From Felis catus (lineage: Eukaryota), in contig NC_058373.1 in assembly GCF_018350175.1 (NCBI RefSeq), forward strand, positions 108,192,001-108,256,000: a DNA stretch of 64,000 nt, in the 5' to 3' direction. The notes beneath the pieces were generated by a model. That model worked only from the letters and a program-made list of their open reading frames with translations, did no database searches and was not told where the DNA came from. Position numbers and translations under genes: made by a program. Every line of letters starts with the position of its first letter. The first letter of the stretch is position 1. Below are positions 27,240-39,900 of the stretch, one piece after another.

Positions 27240-27409
27240 ACTCATGCGCAAGAAGCAAAACCCACAATTCTCACCAGTCCGGCTAGAGGCGGAGCTAAAG
27301 GGGCCGGATAAGGCAAGTACGTCAAGCACAGGGGGCGGGACGTCCGGCTTCGGTTTCCTGGGCGACAGCCGACGGCTGGTCCGCGCGTGGTCTAGGGGCT
27401 TTTGCAGGC
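27240..27409 (+). promoter_or_regulatory. SNAPC1: SNAPC1 CpG promoter and 5'UTR
   Basis: CATGCGCA (NRF1-like, 27243), GAGGCGGAG and GGGGCGGG (27332) GC boxes, TACGTCA (CRE-like); CpG-rich through exon 1. Confidence 0.8.
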
Positions 27410-27537
27410 ATGGGGACTCCTGCAGGCCTGCAGACTGACTGCGAGGCGCTGCTCAGCCGCTTCCAGGAGACCGATAGCGTGCGCTTCGAGGACTTCACGG
27501 AGCTCTGGAGGAGCATGAAGTTCGGGACCATCTTCTG
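27410..27537 (+). CDS. SNAPC1: SNAPC1 (SNAP43) exon 1
   Basis: ggcATGG start; MGTPAGLQTDCEALLSRFQETDSVRFEDFTELWRSMKFGTIF; TG|gtgggt; 128 nt. Confidence 0.96.
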
Positions 27538-28233
27538 GTGGGTGTTTCTAGTCCGCTACCCTCGCATCACTCCCTGCTCAGAGGCGGAGTAGGAAGCTTT
27601 TTTATTCCCCAAAGCGCTGCTGCTCCTGGGAAGGGCTGAGGAAGGCTGCAGCCCCTGCACGCTGCCCCCAGCTCTCCCGGGCCTTCTTCCTGGGCAGTTT
27701 CATTGGCTTCGTCTGCGTCCTTTTGCGGCCTCCCTCCGAGTATGTATTTCTGCCTGGCCACCCTTCTAAACCGTCTTCTCCATCTCCTCTGCCTCACCCT
27801 GGCCCAGGTCACCCACCATTTGCCCTCCTCCAGCCTTGTTCTCCTAAAGCCCCTTGTTTAAAAACAAAACAAACACCCAAGCAAAGACAGAACGCTGCAC
27901 GACTGAATTCGTTTTTCATACAACCACAGTTGTCTTTCTAGAGTGCCAGTCCGATCCTGTCCTTCCCCTGCTTACCACTCCAGTGGTTTGTCTTGCTCCA
28001 GGCCGCCTGTGGTCCTCTTCAGGCTTTACTGGGCCTGGAGCTTTCCCCCCAGTTCCTTCTGCCAGACCACCTTTTTCTAAACTCAGATTAATCTCAAATG
28101 AACAGTGTTTCAGGGAAGCCTTCCTTTGCCCTTCTAGAGTAAGTCAGGCGTTCATACTGGGTTTTTTCCCCAGAGCATTATGCTTCTTTTATCTCTCGAC
28201 TTAGCACAGGTTATTTTCAGCGTGTAGTTCAAA

Positions 28234-28460
28234 GGGTGGTAGAGTATAGCGGTTAAGAGCAAGCAGATTACAGAGCGGGACTGCCTGAATTTGAATCACA
28301 GCCCAAAGAGTAACTCTGACTTCGGGCAAATTACTTGCCTGAACTTCCATATCCATAGCATGGAGACTGGAATACCTCTTATTGCAGTCATGAGTGTTAA
28401 ATGAGCTAATACGTGTTAAGGGTACCCTTCATTGCCCTGTAAATATTCATTTATTATTAT
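28234..28460 (+). mobile_element. MIR relic
   Basis: tatagcggttaagagc...ctgcctgaatttgaatc...gggcaaattactt...ttaaatgagctaat core. Confidence 0.7.
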
Positions 28461-29623
28461 TATTATTGCTTTAAAGTTTTCCTTCCATTAGACAGAGCTC
28501 TGTGAGGACAGTGACTGGATAAGTTTGATATTCATTAGCATAACACACACAATATTGAAAAAGCTAAATGATTGGCTGAATGAATTCTTGTGATTAAGAC
28601 TGTGTTTTCCTGAATCAGAAGTAAAAGTTCTCTTTGTTTCAATGTAATAATTACCTGTGTAGTTTGTACATTGCGGGGGATGGAGGATAGAGAGCTATTT
28701 GTTGTACAGTTAGTGAAAGGAACTAATTTTTTTAATGGCTACTAAATGTCATACATTTATAGCTTAATGTATTTAATCCGTAGAACAACTTTGAAAAGCA
28801 GGTACATAATTATCCTTGTTTTATGGAAGGGGAAATTGAGGCTTAATGAGGTTAAGTAATCTCCGTGGTCACACAGCTAGTAGGTGGTAAAGCAGATATT
28901 GGAAAATATTGCGGGGGTTACCTCCGTATATTTAGCTAAGGAGGAAAAAGTAAAATGAGAAAAAAAGTAGACACTACTTGAGTAGTGGTGATGTTTCTTT
29001 AGCAGTTGCTTTGGTTGCTAATACTACAGTAAGTATTTTGCATTCTTTTAGTGTATTTATTATTTGAAGATCCCAGGCTTTGGGAGTATAGTGAAGTCTG
29101 CTTTTCTACCCTGCTCCTTCTTTACTTTGGTGAGCTTTGTCCTGCAGAATTGGGAGGAGGGTGTGGGTTATGTTGTACTGTGGTTCTTTAACTTTTTCAC
29201 CTAGGTGTCTCAAGGACTAATGAGGTGTAGAGTGTATCCCTGAGAGTATTGGGGAAAATCTCCGTTGTATATTAGAAGGCATATAACTTTTGTATTTTAT
29301 TCTGTAATATAACCATGGTTATTTTAATTTTTAAAAATGTTTTAAATTCTTAACCAGGAATAATTTGTAGCCCCTCCCCCTTTGCTCCCCTATTCAGCAA
29401 GTAAAGTTGATGCCTTAGGAAGATGCATCCTGTTTACCGAGTGCATGCCTATTCCTCAGTGTAAGAAGCACAGCAGAAAAGTAAGTTTTTGTGCTTGAAT
29501 TGTGAAAGGATCAGATGTGGAATGCCCATCCAGTTTCTAGTAGCTGCTAGAATATACCTCTTCTAATTCGTGTTCATTACTGGTTTACTTAGAGTCATAA
29601 TATATTTTCTCTTTGTTTTCTAG

Positions 29624-29783
29624 TGGTAGAATGAGAAATTTAGAAAAGAACATGTTTACAAAAGAAGCATTAGCTTTGGCTTGGCAATATTTTTTACCGC
29701 CCTACACCTTCCAGATCAGAGTTGGTGCTTTGTATCTGCTATATGGATTATATAACACCCAATTGTGTCAACCAAAACAAAAG
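29624..29783 (+). CDS. SNAPC1: SNAPC1 exon 2
   Basis: ctag|TGGTAGA...AAG|gtaata; 160 nt; GRMRNLEKNMFTKEALALAWQYFLPPYTFQIRVGALYLLYGLYNTQLCQPKQK. Confidence 0.96.
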
Positions 29784-29936
29784 GTAATACTTGTTGTTTT
29801 CCCTCAGCAGAAATAGGAAACAGGTACAATATTTTTACAACAAACTGATTTAAACAGGAATGCCAATGTTTCAAAATTAAAATACATTAATGAAAAAGAT
29901 ATACCTTTAGTAACTTTTTTACTCTCTTGTTTGTAG

Positions 29937-30077
29937 ATTAGAGTTGCCCTGAAAGATTGGGATGAAGTCTTAAAATTTCAGCAAGATTTGATAAATGCAC
30001 AACATTTTGATGCAGCTTATATCTTTAGGAAACTGCGACTAGACAAAGCATTTCACTTTACAGCAATGCCCAAATTG
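29937..30077 (+). CDS. SNAPC1: SNAPC1 exon 3
   Basis: gtag|ATTAGA...TTG|gtatgt; 141 nt; IRVALKDWDEVLKFQQDLINAQHFDAAYIFRKLRLDKAFHFTAMPKL. Confidence 0.96.
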
Positions 30078-30584
30078 GTATGTTATCTAAAATAGATTGT
30101 TTTTCAAAATGAGAAATTATACTTCATTGTTCATAAAGTACCTCAGTCTCCATAAAGTAGAAAGAATATTATATAATTTCCAATACAATTAGAACAGTGT
30201 CTTAAAATAGGAGAAAATGCTTTCTGATTACTTTTTTTTTGCAAACAAAAATTTAGTCTCTGCTTTTAAATACAATGTGTTTCTAGATGCCATCTGTTAA
30301 GCAAATTGTTAGAATAGGAAATGAGATTTGGCATTTGCCATTTGTTTATTCCTTTATTCAGATCAGAGAGGTTACTGAAAGAAGACCAAGGAATTTTTAA
30401 AGTCAGTTGGTGAAGAATTGAAATGTCCACTAATAAAATATGTTTCTTCAGTCTTATGACACTTGAGATATTAAATTAAAAGAGCACCAGGTCCTAATTC
30501 TGGATCTGACATCAGCTGGCCAATCATGTAACTTCTCTGTCATTTGAATTTATAATCATGTGGCATGACATCTTAAAGGCTATT

Positions 30585-30845
30585 TTATTTTATTATTTTT
30601 TTAAATACTTTATTTTATCTATCTATCTGTCTGTCAAAGAGGGCACAAGTGAATGAGGGGCAGAGAGAGAGGGAGAGAGAAAGAATCCCACACAGGCTCC
30701 ATACTGTCAGCCTGGCCAAATTGGGCTCAAGCTCCCCTGAAGTGGGGCTCAAGCTCACCTGGTTTGGGGCTCAAACTCATGAACTGTGAGATCATGACCT
30801 GAGCTGAAGTTGGATGCTTAACCGACTGAACCACCCAGGTGCCCC
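30585..30845 (-). mobile_element. Can-SINE with internally triplicated B-box region
   Basis: TSD ttaaagg[c/t]tatttt; three gggctcaa[g/a]ctc units at 30723-30778. Confidence 0.88.
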
Positions 30846-30931
30846 TTAAAGGTTATTTTAAAAGTCTGATAGTCTTTGGAAAATGGATTATCTAAAAAAA
30901 TGTCCTTTAAAAGACATTCATTATCACACAG

Positions 30932-31036
30932 CTATCATATAGAATGAAGAAGAAAATTCAACGAGCTGAAGTTACAGAAGAATTTAAGGACCCAAATGAT
31001 CGTGTAATGAAACTTATCACTTCTGATGTGTTAGAG
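30932..31036 (+). CDS. SNAPC1: SNAPC1 exon 4
   Basis: acag|CTATCA...GAG|gtaaat; 105 nt; LSYRMKKKIQRAEVTEEFKDPNDRVMKLITSDVLE. Confidence 0.94.
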
Positions 31037-31390
31037 GTAAATTTGTTTTTTATGCTCTTGAAATTAAAAAAAAAAAATGTTTTATTGTTAACTATATATA
31101 GAAGTTACACCTTCATCTAGGGATACTGAAATTTTTTCTAATGATTTTAACCAATCATAGAATGCTTATTGTTTCTCTAAAGTATCAGATGTAATACACT
31201 CTAAATATATGAAAATTTATGGAATAAATCTTGAAACTGTGAGAAGCAAAAAATATAGAAGACTGCCCTTGGACTTGGGATGTTTAGATTCAAATACTGA
31301 AGCCACCATTTATGTTTGATTTTAAATAGGTCATAAAACAAGAATTTAAAGTGACTTAATTTTTATTTTTTAACACTATGTATTTATTTC

Positions 31391-31616
31391 TTTTTAAAAA
31401 AAAATTTTTTTTTAACGTTTATTTATTTTTGAGACAGAGAGAGACAGAGCATGAACGGGGGAGGGGCAGAGAGAGAGGGAGGCACAGAATCGGAAGCAGG
31501 CTCCAGGCTCTGAGCCATCAGCCCAGAGCCCGACGCGGGGCTCGAACCCACAGACTGCGAGATCGTGACCTGAGCTGAAGTCGGACGCTTAACCGACTGA
31601 GCCACCCAGGCGCCCC
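31391..31616 (-). mobile_element. Young SINEC_Fc
   Basis: TSD ctatgtatttatttct. Confidence 0.95.
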
Positions 31617-32055
31617 TATGTATTTATTTCTTAAGTTGCTTTTTATAATGCTTATTTTAAAAGCCACTGAAAACAATAAAGCTGATAAAACAAAAATATG
31701 AAATCAAGATTTATGGATAAGAGGCATAGTCTTAAAGCAGCTTTACCATCTAATGTATTTTGGTATTTTATTTGAGTTGTCAGTATTGAGAAAAATCATC
31801 TTTCACATGAATAAGTAGTGAGACTCCCAGAATTTTACATGCATGGAATAGCACTGCCCTGAGGTTGAAACAAAACCCATTTTTGGTTGTGGACTGATAT
31901 GGTGGTAGAAAGTTAATTTTTTGTCAACATACCTTCTTAAACATGGTTTTTGATTTTATGTTCTTTTAAGAATTAAAGGTTCTGAAAGTGTTGAAATAGA
32001 GGTTCCTTTGTTTGAAAATATTGTCTATGTCAGCAAACAGGTATGGAAGATTTTA

Positions 32056-32259
32056 TATTTTATTTTTTTAAGTTTATTTTTATTTTGAGAGAGAGAACGA
32101 GCAGGGTAAGGGCAGAGAGAGAGGGAAGGAGAGAATCCCAAGCCAGTGCCACACTCAGCATGGAGCCCTATGTGGGGCTTGATCTCATGACCATGAGACC
32201 ATGACCTGAGCTGAAATCAAGAATTGGATGCTTAACCGACTGAGCCACCCAGGTGCCCC
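32056..32259 (-). mobile_element. Can-SINE
   Basis: Typical head and tail. Confidence 0.88.
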
Positions 32260-32671
32260 TGACAGATTTTAGAGAACAGAGCTGGGGTGAACAAAGGCAT
32301 ATCCTTTTAGGGTGATTGGGGAGAAGGGTCCAAAGGGCCAAACTATGGAATGCCTAATCCTAGAAGCTTCTATGTGAAGTCATCGTGATTTTTTGTAGGG
32401 TCTTTCACTTACCACAGACCTGCTTTAAGAGCCTTTTCCCTCTGTTGACTCTGTTCACCCTGTCCTTGTGCAGTCTTTCACCTGCTCTCATAATAATCCT
32501 TACATTTAATACTTCCCTACGTTGCTTCTCCTGCCTGCAAATGCTATTAAGCCTACATGTCAGCAGACCTGAATTTGGGTCATGATTCAGCTACTCATTA
32601 GTTCTAGCTTTGTGGTTAAGGATGCATAATAAAATGAAGAGACTAGGACATTGAATCAGAACTTCTGACTT

Positions 32672-32750
32672 TTGTTGAGTCACGGTGTTGTATACCTAAA
32701 ACTAATATAACACTGTATGTTTACTATACTGGGATTAAAAAAAAAAAAAG
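32672..32750 (+). mobile_element. Very short carnivore L1 3'-end with poly(A)
   Basis: tgtatacctaaaactaatataacactgtatg...A-run; imperfect flanking repeat agaacttctgacttttg / agaaacttttgattttg. Confidence 0.65.
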
Positions 32751-34011
32751 TATATGGGGAAAAAGAAACTTTTGATTTTGAATTATAACTCTGTTACTTA
32801 TATATGACCTTAAGCCAGTCATTTCTTTGTTTCTTTACTTCTGCAATTATAATACAGTAGTAGCTATCATGTGTTGCATGTTCAGCAGGAACTGTTAGGT
32901 GTTTTATGTCTGTTATCTCACTAATGATCATAGTAACCCTGCAAAGGAGGTGGTATTTTCCTGATTTCAAAAACAAGGAAACTGAGGTTCAGAGAAGGTA
33001 AGTAATTTGCATAAAGTAGGGTACAGTTAGGTACAGACACTGGATTTGAATGTCCAAGCCTATAAGGCTCCAAGGTGCATGTACTTTCTTTTATTTCTTA
33101 ATCCTTTAACTTTGTATGTTGCTTTACATTTTATAGAACATGCCCACTTGTATAAGCTCACTTAATATAGTTTATAGTGGGCTAGATGGCATCACTTAAT
33201 TTTGTACAAATGTGGAATGTGATTCTCAGATTGAGGGATTTGCTCAAGGTCACAGTCTAGCAAATGACAGAACTCAGCCTCAAAACCGGGTCCAGCTAGT
33301 GGTCTTTCCTCTGTATTTTATTGCATGTAGTAAAATAATGGAATTCAGCACACTGCAAGCTGTACAAAGTTTGGGGCTCCCCATGTCTGGACAGTGTTCT
33401 CCTTTGAAGGTCCTGCATGAGTGAGCACTCAGCACTGCCGAGCAGCTCGTGATTGTTTGAACAGATCCCTGTCAATGCCATCAAAACCTACTGGAAATGA
33501 ATTGAGTAGCCTAACTTGGGGATGACTCGGGTGTTGCAGTGGTCGTCTGTGACGGGAGTGTCAGTCGTTCTCTGCTGCTCTTTGAGCCAAGTCTCAATAC
33601 TGGCTTTATCTGATTTCTGAAGTCTACCTGTAATGTGCTATCTTTCCCTTACCCCATAGACCTGCCCAACTGGCCGGAGGTTTCTGGGGAAGAAGGTCTA
33701 AGTGATGCCTCAAATGTTGCCATAAATTGCCTTCTATTTCTTTTAATCGTGGATCTTACTAGTGAAGTAATGATGGAGCTTATGGGGACAGGCACAGAGG
33801 CTTTGAGGTTTGTGAAGATTGGTGGATCTCTGTGGAGACCATTAATAAAGTTGTATTATTTGGGTTGTATGATTATATTGTTTTCAATATACTGTAGCTT
33901 ATTATTCTTTATCAACTTAGTCACTTGGGAGTGTCATTTTATTTTGTGTTGGTTTTGCCTTTAAGTGTCTCCTCAAAAATTGAACTGAAAGATTCATCTT
34001 TTCACTTTTAG

Positions 34012-34170
34012 GAAATGCTCAATGTTCATGATCATTATCAGAACATGAAACATATAATTTCAGGTGATAAATCCAATCCAGACAAAGCCCTCAGCTTGAT
34101 AAAGGATGATTTTTTTGACAATATTAAGAACATAGTTTTAGAGCATCAGCAGTGGCACAAAGACAGAAAG
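34012..34170 (+). CDS. SNAPC1: SNAPC1 exon 5
   Basis: ttag|GAAATG...AAG|gtatgt; 159 nt; EMLNVHDHYQNMKHIIS...QQWHKDRK. Confidence 0.96.
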
Positions 34171-34526
34171 GTATGTGACTGCTTGTTTAATATATCACTG
34201 TTGTATTTGCATTCTACACTAATGGCTAGACCGGGATGATGAGGTTGAGAGGCAGTTTCGTTGAGTGGCTACATTCTCCTGGAGTTAAGATTTCGAGAGC
34301 TTTACTTTTCTAGGTCTGGCTTTGCCAGTTATCAGCTATGTAATGCTATTTAACCTTACAAACAGATTTTGTATGTCATTATATATATATTTACACAATT
34401 ATTAATAATAATTCTATAATATGTATTAAATAACATACATTATATATAATATCTATCTAACTTTAGAGGAATAAGTAATCTTGGTATACCATAGATTTAT
34501 TCCAATCTTTATAATTTAGCATTTTC

Positions 34527-34790
34527 TAGAGGTTGCACACTGGCGATCTTTGGGCCAAATCCTACACACACGTGTGGTTTGTTTGACACAGTGTTGATCC
34601 TAAAATTGTTTTAAAATGTCAAAATAATTACTGGCACTTAAATATTTGTGGACTTCAGTTAAAATTCCAGACATCCAGCTTCTGTTAAAAATCAGTGGTT
34701 TGTAATAGTGGTCCCACTTTTGTGCATGGCAACAGACTGCTAGACCTGAGTGGTGGCTTCTTCCATTGTGAGAGGGCATGCTCTGCCTGC
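34527..34790 (+). mobile_element. MER102-like hAT-Charlie DNA transposon relic
   Basis: agaggttgcacactggcg...gggccaaatcc...aaaattccagacatccagcttc...catggcaac pattern. Confidence 0.6.
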
Positions 34791-35756
34791 CTCAATTTAT
34801 CCATTTACAGATCTCATCAGCACAGTTTAGTTTTACACAGTTTTACAGATTTTCAGTTTAGTTTTCTGATCCAGATACTGACGCTGGAGCTGCCCACATT
34901 CCACAGTAACCTTTTCACCTAGAGAAACTTTTTACCCTGGAAACCTCATGGCCAGCCTTGCTGAATTTAGCTTTGAAATCACCACTCCATCTTATTTTAG
35001 TAAATACTTTTAGGAAAAAATAAAAGTAAAACATAAGCAATTTCTGATGACTTATTATGTGTCTGATAATGTATTAGTGTTTTCATAAATGCTAGATGGG
35101 AATTATTATTTTATATATTGTCTTTCAGAAAGATTGGTTGCCAGTTTTTGGCTTTTCATTATATAAAGGGATTTGGCTCAAAACTTAATTTTAGAAAAGA
35201 TAAACAAAGAAAGTGATGAGATGACAGTCTTGAGAAGAAGGAAACAGTTTGCTTCCTCTACCCACATTTATTAGTGAGAGACAGCACAGTTTAGAATGTT
35301 TGAATACTTCGAGTGTTACAAATGGGTTACACAAATGACCTAGGCAATCAATGTAAAAATCTATCGGAGTACTCTCTTATTGCCCTTTTTTTATACTACT
35401 TTTTTTTATAGCACCCTCTTTGAGTAAACTCTCTAGTTAGCATTACTAAGACCTCTGAATACCTGAAGGAAAGGAGAATAAACCAATTTTCTTACTACTA
35501 TGTGAAATGCATGTTTTCCTTCCTTAGTTAGGAGGATTTAGGCATTTTATTGATGATTTTTAGAACTATTCTGAAACCTAACCTTGATCTTAACTTAATG
35601 TCAGGTGGTGAACCGTGCAGTAATAAGGTGAAATGATCTTTTAGTTTTGCAGTCATTAAAAAAATAAATGATTCTCATTGCTCTGAAATTATTTGCAATT
35701 GATTTTTAGTTAATTTGAATTGTAAATGTGTATATATAACTTTTGTGCTCTTCCAG

Positions 35757-35825
35757 AATCCATCCTTAAAATCAAAAGTTAAAGATGGAGAAGAAAAGAG
35801 AGAAGGAAATTCACAAGAATCAGAG
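35757..35825 (+). CDS. SNAPC1: SNAPC1 exon 6
   Basis: ccag|AATCCA...GAG|gtcaga; 69 nt; NPSLKSKVKDGEEKREGNSQESE. Confidence 0.93.
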
Positions 35826-36581
35826 GTCAGAGAAATTCACTATCTGATTGTTTGCAGGGCAATAGTTTGGTTAGTTTGTTTTCATTTTCTGTGTGGTTCT
35901 GTATACAAGTATTATGTATACAAGTGATTCTGTGTACAGGTATTATGACCCTTGGTATTAAAATAATTATCTCAGACAATCCTGAAACATCGGCTCTATG
36001 AAAAGTTAGTCTGTTTTTTTCCTGGAAACCTTGTGGAAGACCACAACAAGTGTAAATTGGGAGTGAGGATGTTAAGAGTTTTTGCAGGGAAAGGGGAGAA
36101 TGATGGTGGAGGGTGCTCTTAGTCCTTACACAGGCAGAGTAGGGTTTTTGAAATATGTCTTTTCTTACTTCCTGTCCTACTTTCAGCCAGTGTGGAGATC
36201 TAGCTACTGTTTATTGCTTCCTGCCTCCAGGGTTTTCATCCATCTTCGTGGATGAGACAGGAGTCATTTTGGGGCATAGGCAGAAGAGGAGGCAGATGAG
36301 GAGGGAGTGGCCTGATCACCAAGGCTTTCATTCATATAATCTTCCTTAAATCCTGAATTTCAACAGTCAGAAGCTATGGAGATGGTATTGTGGACCTGCT
36401 ATGAGAATGTTGTGTGTGTTTATATGTCTTTGGTCAATATGTGTCCAAAAAATGTTAATTTCTTTTTACCGTACCTTCTATCTCCAGTCTTATTTCTGAT
36501 ATCAAATACCTGGGCATTCATAATTTCTTTTAATGTTTATGTGTTTTAACTTTTTCTCCTTCCTGTTTATTTTTTATCCAG

Positions 36582-36644
36582 AGATGTGAAAGGGCAGAAT
36601 CCTTAGCGAGAATAAAATCAAAGGCCTTTTCAGTTGTTGTTCAG
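36582..36644 (+). CDS. SNAPC1: SNAPC1 exon 7
   Basis: ccag|AGATGT...CAG|gtaagt; 63 nt; RCERAESLARIKSKAFSVVVQ. Confidence 0.95.
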
Positions 36645-36947
36645 GTAAGTTCGTTCTTTCTTTCTTTCTTTCTTTCTTTCTTTTTTTTTTTTTAATATTT
36701 ATTTTTTTAGTTTTTATTTTTTCAGTATATGAAATTTATTGTCAAATTGGTTTCCACACAATACCCAGTGCTCATCCCAAAAGGTGCCCTCCTCAATACC
36801 CATCACCCACCCTCCCCTCCCTCCCACCCCTCATCAACCCTCAGTTTGTTCTCAGTTTTTAACAGTCTCTTATGCTTTGGCTCTCTCCCACTCTAACCTC
36901 TTTTTTTTTTTTTCCTTCCCCTCCCCCATGGGATTCTGTTAAGTTTC

Positions 36948-39900
36948 TCAAGATCCACATAAGAGTGAAACCATATGGTATCTGTCTTTCTCAGTATGGC
37001 TTAGTTCACTTAGCATAACACTCTCCAGTTCCATCCACGTTGCTACAAAGGGCCATATTTCATTTTTTCTCATTGCCACGTAGTACTCCATTGTGTATAT
37101 AAACCACAATTTCTTTATCCATTCATCAGTTGATGGACATTTAGGCTCTTTCCATAATTTGGCTATTGTTGAGAGTGCTGCTATAAACATTGGGGTACAA
37201 GGGCCCCTATGCATCAGTACTCCTGTATCCCTTGGGTAAATTCCTAGCAGTGCTATTGCTGGGTCATAGGGTAGGTCTATTTTTAATTTTCTGAGGAACC
37301 TCCACACTGTTTTCCAGAGTGGCTGCACCAATTTGTATTCCCACCAATAGTGCAAGAGGGTTCCCATTTCTCCACATCCTCTCCAGCATCTGTAGTCTCC
37401 TGATTTGTTCATTTTGGCCACTCTGACTGGCGTGAGGTGATATCTGAGTGTGGTTTTGATTTGTATTTCCCTGATGAGGAGTGACATTGAGCATCTTTTC
37501 ATGTGCCTGTTGGCCATCCGGATGTCTTCTTTAGAGAAGTGTCTATTCATGTTTTCTGCCCATTTCTTCACTGGGTTATTTGTTTTTCGGGTGTGGAGTT
37601 TGGTGAGCTCTTTATAGATTTTGGATCCTAGCCCTTTGTCCCATATGTCATTTGCAAATATCTTTTCCCATTCCATTGGTTGCCTTTTAGTTTTGTTGGC
37701 TGTTTTCTTTGCTGTGCCGAAGCTTTTTATCTTCATGAGGTCCCAGTAGTTCATTTTTGCTTTTAATTCCCTTGTCTTTGGGGATGTGTCAAGTAAGAAA
37801 TTGCTACGACTGAGGTTAGAGAGGTCTTTTCCTGCTTTCTCCTCTAGGGTTTTGATGGTTTCCTGTCTCACATTCAGGTCCTTTATCCATTTTGAGTTTA
37901 TTTTTGTGAATGGTGTGAGAAAGTGGTCTAGTTTCAACCTTCTGCATGTTGCTGTCCAGTTCTCCCAGCACCATTTGTTAAAGAGACTGTCTTTTTTCCA
38001 TTGGATGTCCTTTCCTGCTTTGTCAAAGATGAGTTGGCCATACGTTTGTAGGTCTACTTCAGGGGTTTCTATTCTATTCCATTGGTCTATGTGTCTGTTT
38101 TTGTGCCAATACCATGCTGTCTTGATGATGACAGCTTTGTAGTAGAGGCTAAAGTCTGGGATTGTGATGCCTCCTGCTTTGGTCTTCTTCTTCAAAATTC
38201 CTTTGGCTATTCGGGGCCTTTTGTGGTTCCATATGAATTTTAGGATTGCTTGTTCTAGCTTCGAGAAGAATGCTGGTGCAATTTTGATTGGGATTGCATT
38301 GAATGTGTAGATGGCTTTGGGTAGTATTGACATTTTGACAGTATTTATTCTTCGAATCCATGAGCACAGAATGTTTTTCCATTTCTTTATATCTTCTTCA
38401 ATTTCCTTCATAAGCTTTCTATAGTTTTCAGCATACAGATCTTTTACATCTTTGGTTAGATTTATCCCTAGGTATTTTATGCTTCTTGGTGCAATTGTGA
38501 ATGGGATCAGTTTCTTTATTTGTCTTTCTGTTGCTTCATTATTAGTGTATAAGAATGCAACTGATTTCTGTACATTGATTTTGTATCCTGCAACTTTGCT
38601 GAATTCCTGTATCAGTTCTAGCAGACTTTTGGTGGAGTCTATCGGATTTTCCATGTATAATATCATGTCATCTGCAAAAAGTGAAAGTTTAACTTCATCT
38701 TTGCCAATTTTGATGCCTTTGATTTCCTTTTGTTGTCTGATTTCTGATGCTAGAACTTCCAACACTATGTTAAACAACAGTGGTGAGAGTGGACACCCCT
38801 GTCGTGTTCCTGGTCTCAGGGAAAAAGCTCTCAGTTTTTCCCCATTGAGGATGATGTTAGCTGTGGGCTTTTCATAAATAGCTTTTATGATCTTAAATAT
38901 GTTCCTTCTATCCTGACTTTCTCGAGGGTTTTTATTAAGAAAGGTTGCTGAATTTTGTCAAAGGCCTTTTCTGCATCCATTGACAGGATCATATGGTTCT
39001 TATCTTTTCTTTTATTAATGTGATGTATCACATTGATTGATTTGCAAATGTTGAAGCAGCCCTGCATCCCAGGAATGAATCCCACTTGATCATGGTGAAT
39101 AATTCTTTTTATATGCTGTTGAATTCGATTTGCTAGTATCTTACTGAGAATTTTTGCATCCATATTCATCAGGGATATTGGCCTGTAGTTCTCTTTTTTT
39201 ACTGGGTCTCTGTCTGGTTTAGGAATCAAAGTAATACTGGCTTCATAGAATGAGTCTGGAAGTTTTCCTTCCCTTTCTATTTTTTGGAATAGCTTGAGAA
39301 GGATAGGTATTATCTCTGCTTTAAACGTCTGGTAGAACTCCCCTGGGAAGCCATCTGGTCCTGGACTCTTATTTGTTGGGAGATTTTTGATAATTGATTC
39401 AATTTCTTCGCTGGTTATGGGTCTGTTCAAGCTTTCTATTTCCTCCTGATTGAGTTTTGGAAGTGTGTGAATGTTTAGGAATTTTTCCATTTCTTCCAGG
39501 TTGTCCAGTTTGTTGGCATACAATTTTTCATAGTATTCCCTGATAATTGCTTGTATCTCTGAGGGATTGGTTGTAATAATTCCATTTTCATTCATGATTT
39601 TATCTATTTGGGTCATCTCCCTTTTCTTTTTGAGAAACCTGGCTAGAGGTTTATCAGTTTTGTTTATTTTTTCAAAAAACCAATTCTTGGTTTCGTTGAT
39701 CTGCTCTACAGTTTTTTCAGATTCTGTATTGTTTATTTCTGCTCTGATCTTTATTATTTCTCTTCTTCTGCTGGGTTTAGGTTGTCTTTGCTGTTCTGCT
39801 TCTAGTTCCTTTAGGTGTGCTGTTAGATTTTGTATTTGGGATTTTTCTTGTTTCTTGAGATAGGTCTGGATTGCCATGTATTTTCCTCTCAGGACTGCCT

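Noticed and set aside
27385..27389. GCGTG near the SNAPC1 start as an HRE
   Set aside because: Single 5-mer in CpG-rich DNA with no ancillary site; expected by chance.
28234..28315. tRNA-like sequence
   Set aside because: Continues into a MIR core; no closing acceptor stem seen.
36948..38777. 609-aa reverse transcriptase ORF as a novel or active RT system
   Set aside because: Standard L1 ORF2 fragment; frameshifts upstream and a stop in ORF1 make the element non-autonomous.
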